Source: a bacterium (GTDB lineage Bacteria; Hinthialibacterota; Hinthialibacteria; Hinthialibacterales; Hinthialibacteraceae). From it: DNA of 64,000 nucleotides. The notes under the pieces are model-generated. The model worked only from the letters and a program-made list of their open reading frames with translations. It was not told the DNA's origin and did no database searches. Location of the stretch: NCBI GenBank assembly GCA_963663405.2, contig CAXXSM010000123.1, positions 830 to 64,829 of the forward strand, in the 5' to 3' direction. Shown piece after piece: positions 63,670 to 64,000 of this stretch (positions are counted from its first letter, which is position 1; each line of letters starts with the position of its first letter). The position numbers and the translations under genes are program-made.

Positions 63670-64000
63670 TCAATCAATCCCGCCACACCAGGTGTGGAGC
63701 CTTTTCTCCACGGGCAGGGGGGAGAGGGCGGCGCGGGTGGCTTCTCCTAGGCCACGGAAAATGCTTTCCCAGATGTGGTGCGGATCTTCTCCATAGAGAA
63801 GATCGATCTGCAAGGTCGCGGCGGGCGCCCTTGGGCCAATCCACCAAGGAAATTCCATAGATCCACACAGAGCATATCTTCCACGTGCTCAGGAACGATA
63901 ACCGAGCCTTTACGGAACTCGAATCCGCTGCGGGATTCGAACGAGAGCCGGACCTCAGCGGCGGCTTCATCGATGAATCCAGTCCCCGCATCCAGCGCCG
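63670..64000 (-). pseudogene. hisB: Imidazoleglycerol-phosphate dehydratase 3' portion (truncated by the window edge, apparently frame-disrupted)
   Basis: LQIDLLYGEDPHHIWESIFRGLGEATRAAL matches the IGPD C-terminal ..G.N.HH..E..FK....A.R.A pattern. The upstream part is readable only in another frame. Confidence 0.45.

Overview
A 64 kb bacterial chromosomal segment with no rRNA genes, CRISPR arrays, transposases or integrases. The gene content suggests a PVC-like or candidate-phylum organism, but that is inference only: there are three GspG-like pseudopilin paralogues, several FG-GAP/VCBS proteins, an FGE-sulfatase-domain protein and Tat signals.

Gene order, left to right:
- a PAS hybrid histidine kinase
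- three coiled-coil orphan genes
- a membrane polyferredoxin
- an AlkD-like repair protein
- a 978-aa TIR / NB-ARC / TPR STAND protein next to tRNA-Gly
- a pseudopilin, tRNA-Pro and an FG-GAP protein
- a MEMO1-like protein with an N-terminal extension
- a MerR regulator and an H1-like Lys-rich protein
- an envelope and glycan block from about 19 to 36 kb, containing two GT-C glycosyltransferases and murA (all frame-disrupted), two tandem beta-helix paralogues, a polytopic LRR/LamG protein, three methyltransferases, a GT2 and an RmlD-like reductase
- a sugar ABC ATPase and permease
- a second pseudopilin followed by an FG-GAP/alpha-beta-hydrolase fusion
- miscellaneous enzymes and hypAB
- a spermidine-synthase-like membrane protein upstream of an FGE-domain protein
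- cspA and a large CarboxypepD_reg-repeat protein
- a fragmented TAXI binding protein and a hisB fragment

Most interesting:
1. The single-gene TIR-STAND-TPR candidate immune module.
2. An apparently unannotated structured intergenic repeat of about 90 nt. It is present four times, once as a tandem pair, and shows signs of compensatory base pairing.
3. The recurring pseudopilin plus secreted FG-GAP gene pair.
4. A tight cluster of frame breaks that includes the normally essential murA.

Coordinates of features I derived by hand (tRNAs, repeats, hairpins) may be off by 1-2 nt.
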